Assembly: GCA_041644975.1 (NCBI GenBank)
Contig: JBAZQX010000003.1
Coordinates: forward strand, 7,530-71,529
Reading direction: 5' to 3'
DNA from: Candidatus Doudnabacteria bacterium
Lineage (GTDB): Bacteria > Patescibacteriota > JAQUNI01
Length of the DNA stretch: 64,000 bases
Every line of letters begins with the position of its first letter. The first letter of the stretch is position 1. Below the pieces are notes generated by a model that saw only the letters and a program-made list of their open reading frames with translations, was not told the origin of the DNA and searched no databases. This document shows positions 58,538 through 64,000 of the stretch, one piece after another. Made by a program: the position numbers and the translations under genes.

Positions 58538-59290
58538 ATGAAAACGCAAGGAAAAATAAATCTACAACCACTCCCAGAGCTAAAAGTTCTCTTCCGAGAA
58601 ACCGCGGAATTCTTTCGGGAACATTTTAGCCTGCTCATTTACCTTTCTTTAATTTTAACGGGTATTGTGTTGATTTTGAGTTTTATCTTGGGCATCTTCG
58701 GCTTCAGTTTCGCTTTCCTTGTAAGCCTGGCGAAACAAAAAGTCCTTTTTCTGGTAATGATAATAATTTTTGTCATCTTGGGCATCTCATTGCTTATTGC
58801 CGCGTTGATCTTCCAAATTTTAGCCCAAGGATCAATAATTTTGGCAATTATTCAGAAAGATTATCGCCGTGAAACAGACGTCAAAAAAATTTGGCATGAA
58901 ATTTTTTCCCAAGCTAAATCAATAATCTGGGTGAATATTCTTACCTCGCTGGTGATTTTAGGCGGTTATCTGCTCTTATTTATTCCCGGTCTTATTTTCG
59001 GTCTTTGGTTCAACTTCGGCATATTCGTCCTTTTGCAAGAAAAACAAGTTGGACGCGCCGCGCTTAAAAGAAGCAGGGCATTGGTCAAGGGATATTTTTG
59101 GCCCCTTGCCTTCAGGGTCTTTATTTTAACCCTGATTATTGGCGGATCATCTGTTTTTTGTTCCCTAATTCCTTTTTTCGGCAGTGTGCTAGGGATGGCT
59201 ATTAGCTTATTTGCCTTGCCTTTTATGTATATCTATCTTTATTTAATCTACAAAAATCTTCTTGAGCTTAAAAAAGTGAATCAAAATTAA
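58538..59290 (+). CDS. Polytopic membrane protein (hypothetical)
   Basis: Five or six TM helices. Confidence 0.5.
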   Translation: MKTQGKINLQPLPELKVLFRETAEFFREHFSLLIYLSLILTGIVLILSFILGIFGFSFAFLVSLAKQKVLFLVMIIIFVILGISLLIAALIFQILAQGSIILAIIQKDYRRETDVKKIWHEIFSQAKSIIWVNILTSLVILGGYLLLFIPGLIFGLWFNFGIFVLLQEKQVGRAALKRSRALVKGYFWPLAFRVFILTLIIGGSSVFCSLIPFFGSVLGMAISLFALPFMYIYLYLIYKNLLELKKVNQN

Positions 59291-59380
59291 TGGTTCGGCA
59301 AGCTCACCATTAATTCTTAAACTTTTCCGAAATTAAAATAAACATTAAATTACAATTTTCAAAAAAGGAGGTGATAAAAA

Positions 59381-60073
59381 ATGGACACTTTAGGGTTGTG
59401 GGGCGAAAGCATAGTGGACTCTATAAGCAAAGTCTGGGCGAGCTTTATTATTTTTACCCCTAAATTATTTGGCGCGATTCTCGTAATGGTCTTGGGCATA
59501 TTTATCGCAATCGGCATTGCTAAAATCGTCCGCCGCATTATTAACGCTTTTCGTATTACGACCATCCTGCAAAAAACCAATATTGATGAAATAGTGGAAC
59601 GAGCGGGAATAAAGTTTGACGTCGGACAACTCGGATACTGGTTAGTAAAATGGTTTCTCGTGATTGCTTTCTTTATGGCGGCTGCGGAAATTCTCAATCT
59701 GCCGCAAGTGTCGCAATTCCTGGGCAAAATCTTGTTCTATGTTCCCAACGTGATTGTGGCGGTATTGATTATGTTGATCGGCACCATTTTGGCTAATTTT
59801 CTCTACCGTCTGGTGGAAAAAAGCGCTAAGGCTGCCGATTTAACAGTTTCTGCGCGCCTGCTCGCTGAGCTTTCCCGCTGGTCTGTACTTATCTTCAGTT
59901 TGATGGCTGCGCTAATCCAACTCAAAATCGCCGCGGATTTAATTCGCACTCTCTTCACGGGATTAATAGCGATGCTCGCGATCGCGGGCGGGATTGCTTT
60001 TGGCCTAGGAGGCAAAGACGAAGCAAAGCGGGTTGTGGAAAAATTGAAAGGCATACGCAATAAAAAATATTAG
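59381..60073 (+). CDS. Membrane protein with repeated conserved TM-helix motifs (MscS-associated TM_helix-like)
   Basis: Repeated amphipathic TM units (FIIFTPKLFGAILVMVLGIFIAIGIAKIV; LVKWFLVIAFFMAAAEILNL; VPNVIVAVLIMLIGTILANF; SVLIFSLMAALIQLKIAADL). Confidence 0.4.
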   Translation: MDTLGLWGESIVDSISKVWASFIIFTPKLFGAILVMVLGIFIAIGIAKIVRRIINAFRITTILQKTNIDEIVERAGIKFDVGQLGYWLVKWFLVIAFFMAAAEILNLPQVSQFLGKILFYVPNVIVAVLIMLIGTILANFLYRLVEKSAKAADLTVSARLLAELSRWSVLIFSLMAALIQLKIAADLIRTLFTGLIAMLAIAGGIAFGLGGKDEAKRVVEKLKGIRNKKY

Positions 60074-60225
60074 ACTAAAAAATCCCATCCTCCGTAGCGA
60101 ATAAGAAAAACCGCGCCATAAGGCTTCAGATGTTATTTAAGGGTCTATCCATAGACTTATATCCTTGGTATTCTGGCGCGGCGGTCAAAAATCAAAATCG
60201 TTGCGGAGGATGGGAAAAATACCCC

Positions 60226-60253
60226 TTGACAGTATTTGAGGATAAGCTATAAT
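60226..60253 (+). promoter_or_regulatory. Sigma70-type rRNA promoter, TTGACA-16-TATAAT
   Basis: ccccTTGACAgtatttgaggataagcTATAATgaaaaa, about 290 nt upstream of the 23S 5' end. Preceded by the terminator hairpin cccatcctccgtagcg...gttgcggaggatggg. Confidence 0.7.
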
Positions 60254-60704
60254 GAAAAATAGCTAAAAATTAAATTACTTTAGTTATGTTATATTTCATT
60301 TGCTTTATACTTCAGCGAAGCGGATAAAATCGCATACTTTGTTTATTGCTTTGGGGAAACCGCTTCGTCATCAGAGCGGTTTTTTGATTGGTAAAATTTC
60401 AAGAGAGAAGCCAAACTTTTTACTTCACCTCTATTCAAAAAGTTCCCTTTTCTCTTGAATGAAGCCGTTCACGAACAGCTTCATAAATGAAAGAACCTTG
60501 ACAATTGAATAACCCATTAAGATAGATATGAATTTATCTAATGGGGTCAAAAATGATTAGAAAACAAAGGGCGTATGGTGGATGCCTTGACTTAAAGAGA
60601 CGATGAAGGACGTAGCAGGCTGCGATAAGCCTCGGGGAGCTGCCAAGCAAGCTTTGATCCGAGGATTTCCGAATGGGGAAACCCAGCGCGGCAAACCCGC
60701 GCTA

Positions 60705-60833
60705 CCCCTCACCTAAAAAGGATTTTTGTTAAAAAATAGGTATTTTTTCTTATTTTAAAAGGTTATAAAAAATAAGATGGATACTGATTTTTAGCGAATC
60801 GCAAAGCGATTCGTATCCTTTTTAGGTGAGGGG
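60705..60833 (+). mobile_element. 23S rRNA intervening sequence 1, MITE-like, with perfect 18-bp terminal inverted repeats cccctcacctaaaaagga / tcctttttaggtgagggg
   Basis: AT-rich core of about 130 nt with a gaatcgcaaagcgattc hairpin. Inserted in the 5' domain at a helix-9-like position. Paralogous to IVS2 and IVS3. Confidence 0.7.
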
Positions 60834-60944
60834 AGACAACCCGGGGAACTGAAACATCTTAGTACCCGGAGGAAAAGAAAAAAAATCCGCGCTTTGCGCG
60901 GAACATTCCCTGAGTAGTGGCGAGCGAAAGGGGAAGAGCCTAAA

Positions 60945-61074
60945 CCCCCCACCTAGAAAAGATTTTTATTAAAAAAAGATATTTTTCTCGTTTTAAAAGA
61001 TTATAAAAAATGAGATGGATATTGATTTTTAGCGAATCGCTTACGCGATTCGTATCTTTTCTAGGTGGGGGGGG
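60945..61074 (+). mobile_element. 23S rRNA intervening sequence 2 (TIR ccccccacctagaaaaga / tcttttctaggtgggggg)
   Basis: Paralog of IVS1 with the same internal ttttagcgaatcgc..gcgattcgtatc core. Confidence 0.7.
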
Positions 61075-61272
61075 TTATAAGACAAATACGCTATCAGGGC
61101 AACCTGGTACAGAGTTTAACAAAATGCAACTTGCCTAGCAGAAGGCGCCTGGAACGGCCCACCAAAGAAGGTAAAAGTCCTGTACGCGAAAAGCGTTGCA
61201 TCTCTGATGTATCTGTTTCTTGAGTACTACACCACCAGGGAAATGGTGTAGGAAGTCGGGAGTACTACTAAA

Positions 61273-61404
61273 CCCCTCACCTATAAAGGATTTCAGTTAA
61301 AAAAATATTTTATTTAGATTGATCTAAGGGTCAGATAAAATAGATTAAAAAATAATTAGTTTTAGCGAATTGCCAAGCAATTCGTATCCTTTATTGGTGG
61401 GGGG
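61273..61404 (+). mobile_element. 23S rRNA intervening sequence 3 (TIR cccctcacctataaagga / tcctttattggtgggggg)
   Basis: Paralog of IVS1 and IVS2. Confidence 0.65.
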
Positions 61405-61431
61405 CTCCCAAGGCTAAATACTCTTTAAGAT

Positions 61432-61468
<37 letters not shown>

Positions 61469-62338
61469 CATCCCGGTGAGGGAGATGAAATAGTATCTGA
61501 AACCATACGCTTACAAAGAGTCAGAGCCGTCCTTCGCTTTTTGCTTCGCAAAAAGCTTCGGAACGGTAAACCCTTCAGAAATTAAAAGAGGGCTTGCCAT
61601 TCCGTAGCTCGTGAGCGAAGTAATGAGCGAAGGATGGTGATGGCGTGCTTTTTGTAGAACGAACCAACGAGTTAGCTGTGTATTGCTCGTATAAGTCCGC
61701 TTAGCGGACGTATGCAAAGTGAAAGCGAGCGTTAATAGCGCGTTTTAATTCATTAGGCAAATAGAATTCTTCTATTTGCCTCAATAATTAAAGGCAGTAC
61801 ACACTAGACCCGAAGCCAGACGAGCTAGCCTTGGTCAGGGTGAACTTTGGGTAACACCAAAGGGAAGCCCGCACCCATTGGTCGTGTAAAGCCATGGGAT
61901 GAACTGAGGCTAGAGGAGAAATTCCAATCGAGTCTGGTGATAGCTGGTTCTCCCCGAAATAGCTTTAGGGCTAGCGTCCTATTTACAAATTTGGAGGTAG
62001 AGCACTGGATGGAGCAGGATGGGATTTCTCCCTACTTGTCCCAACTAAACTCCGAATTCCAAACTTTTATGATAGGGCAGTCAGAACGGCGCGGATAAGC
62101 GCGTCGCTCAAAAGGGAAACAGCCCAGATTCTTATCTAAGGTCCCTAAGTTCAAGTTAAGTGGTAAAGGAAGTGAGATTACAGAGACAATTAGGAGGTTG
62201 GCTTAGAAGCAGCCATCCTTTAAAGAAAGCGTAACAGCTCACTAATCGATCGTGATCTTGCGCCGAAAATGTAACGGGGCTCAAACTTGACACCGAAGAT
62301 AGAGGCCAGAGACGTACCTCACTGCGTTCGGTACGGGC

Positions 62339-62487
62339 AAATTTTTAATTTTTAATTTTTAATTTTTAATCAATTTTCAATGATTTAATGCTTAAATTTT
62401 TAAACTCAATAGAATAAAGAGTTTGAAAATTAAGCCATTAAGAAATTGGGATTTGTTTGAAAATTAGAAATTGAAAATTAGAAATTG
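62339..62487 (+). other. AT-rich insertion in the 23S rRNA at a helix-45-like position (aatttttaatttttaa ... gaaaattagaaattgaaaattagaaatt inverted repeat)
   Basis: Interrupts the region homologous to E. coli about 1170-1185. The arms are complementary. Confidence 0.6.
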
Positions 62488-63039
62488 CCGGCCGAGCGTA
62501 GCGAGGTGCGGCTTTGGCGGTAGGGGAGCATTCTATATCCAGTAAAGCCAGTCTGTAAGGACTGGTGGAGGATATAGAAGAGAGAATGTTGGTATGAGTA
62601 ACCTAAAGTCCGGTGAGAAACCGGACCACCGTAAGTCTAAGGTTTCCTGGGCAACGTTAATCAACCCAGGGTTAGTCGATCCTAAGTCGCAAAAAACGAC
62701 GATGGAAGAGTAGGTTAATATTCCTACACTACTATTAATTTTGACGGAGGGACGCCACAGGATAGATTTCGTGTCCTAATGGTTTAGGCATTGGTGATCC
62801 GTAGTCGGAAGAAACAGGCAAATCCGTTTCTTCAATTTCAAACGGCGAAGATTATCAAAAGGTTTATTCCGCAAGGAATAGATCAATGAAATTGATTCCA
62901 GTGGCCAAGAAAAACTCCTAAAATTAGATTAATAGTACTCGTACCGTAAACCAACACAGGTAGACGGGTAGAGGATACCAAGGTGTTCGGGTGATCCTTA
63001 GCTAAGGAATTCGGCAAAACAACTAGGTGTAAGTTCGCA

Positions 63040-63290
63040 AGATACCTTGCCTCGGAACATTTCGCTTTCGCTTCGTGTTTCTTAAGAAATCCCAAAAATC
63101 AAGCGCCAAGCAACAAACAAATTACAAACAGAAAAATTCCAAGCTTAAAAGGGTTTGGAATTTAGGAAATTGAAATTTGAGATTTGTTTAAAAATTGTCT
63201 CGCTATGCGAGATCTGGCGAAGCCAGAAAAATTATGATTTGGGATTTGGAACACGAAGCGCTAGCGGAGTGCGACCGGGGTCGCAGTTAA
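63040..63290 (+). other. Expansion segment in 23S rRNA domain IV (about 250 nt where E. coli has about 100 nt)
   Basis: Lies between GGAAUUCGGCAAAACAACUAGG and GACUGUUUACCAAAAACACAGG. Contains aaatccc...gggattt-type complementarity. Confidence 0.5.
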
Positions 63291-63447
63291 AGATCCAGGA
63301 CGACTGTTTACCAAAAACACAGGTCCCTGCAAAGCCGATAAGGCAAAGTATAGGGGCTGACGCTTGGCCAGTGTCGGAACGTTAAGAGCGGGGGTGAAAG
63401 CTCTCGCTTTAAGCGCCGATGAACGCCGGCCGTAACTATAACGGTCC

Positions 63448-64000
63448 TATGGTAATTTCGTTGCCATAGTAAAATCTGGCTATATGCTGGAACATCTGGA
63501 GAATCTAGTGCTACTATGGTATAATTGAACCATAGATTAATTATCTATAAAATTATGCCAGGTAAAAAAGCATCTAGTGTGCTAAATAAAATAGCGCCAG
63601 ATAATCAGCAGGAAAGACTAATAACTATTGGTTGGATTATTGGATTTACTGATGGTGAAGGGTGCTTTACGGTTAGTTTAATTAAAAATCCGACCACAAG
63701 AACAGGACACCAAATATTTCCTGAATTTGTTGTCACGCAAGGTGAAAAGAGTATAAGTGTATTGAAAAAAATGCAAAAATTCTTCAATTGTGGAAAGATA
63801 TTCGTGAATCGAAGACATGATAATCATAAAGAAAATTTACACAGATATTGCGTGAGAAGCATAAAAGACCTCAATGAAAAAATCATTCCATTCTTCATTG
63901 AAAATGAGTTGAGAACAGATAAAAAAAGAGATTTCAAGAATTTTGCAATTATTCTGAATATGATGAAAAAGAAAAAACACTTATCTAAAAAAGGCTGCAA
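63448..64000 (+). mobile_element. Group I intron inserted in the 23S rRNA after GGUCCUA (E. coli position about 1917), encoding a LAGLIDADG homing endonuclease; truncated by the window
   Basis: Conserved 23S sequence stops at ...aacggtccta. The ORF follows within the intron. Confidence 0.7.
63555..64000 (+). CDS. LAGLIDADG-family homing endonuclease (intron-encoded), 3'-partial
   Basis: MPGKKASSVLNKIAPDNQQERLITIGWIIGFTDGEGCFTV... The LAGLIDADG-type motif is IGFTDGEGCF. The frame is open to the end of the window. Confidence 0.75.
   Translation, partial: MPGKKASSVLNKIAPDNQQERLITIGWIIGFTDGEGCFTVSLIKNPTTRTGHQIFPEFVVTQGEKSISVLKKMQKFFNCGKIFVNRRHDNHKENLHRYCVRSIKDLNEKIIPFFIENELRTDKKRDFKNFAIILNMMKKKKHLSKKGC

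Noticed and set aside
61511-63385. ORFs within the 23S rRNA (61511-61717, 61847-62098, 62883-63095, 63155-63385)
   Set aside because: They lie in conserved rRNA sequence.

Overview
The window reads as a low-GC bacterial chromosome segment of Candidate Phyla Radiation (Patescibacteria) type; this placement is an inference from the gene content described below. It carries small standalone GIY-YIG nucleases and four-helix-bundle (IVS-protein) genes. None of its nine tRNA genes encodes the 3' CCA, and a cca gene sits nearby. A 23S rRNA gene has its own sigma70-like promoter, no 16S gene upstream within the window, five intervening or expansion insertions, and a group I intron that encodes a LAGLIDADG homing endonuclease. 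Conserved core genes are present: rnc, smc, rpsP, rpsO, pnp, rplS, lspA, xerC/D-like, cca, comM-like and rluD-like. Around them lie many secreted or membrane hypothetical proteins and a very dense set of GC-rich palindromic repeat families.

The most unusual region is 31.9-38.8 kb. A 669-aa protein (36001-38010, minus strand) carries an N-terminal IS110-family DEDD/RuvC-like domain and a Tnp-like motif, followed by a roughly 370-aa coiled-coil extension. It is embedded in about 5.8 kb of ORF-free DNA made of some 45 tandem hairpins, each with a 9-11 bp stem and a 37-46 nt A/T-rich loop. The stem sequences all differ, yet complementarity is kept by compensatory changes. The single-base stem mismatches are almost all A:C on the plus strand, which would be G-U wobbles in a minus-strand transcript. 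This points to a structured RNA array co-oriented with the recombinase.

Other notable elements:
- A complete diversity-generating retroelement: RT at 46550-47600, Avd at 47610-47960, TR at 48011-48135, and VR at the 3' end of the target gene 48556-49269, with an adenine-specific mismatch pattern.
- An IS481-family transposase.
- A family of MITE-like elements with CCCCTCACC-type termini. Members flank a GIY-YIG gene inserted at the 5' end of tRNA-Ile, form three 23S rRNA intervening sequences, and appear as an in-frame palindromic insertion inside smc.
- A fucI-like isomerase gene translationally coupled to a ferredoxin gene.
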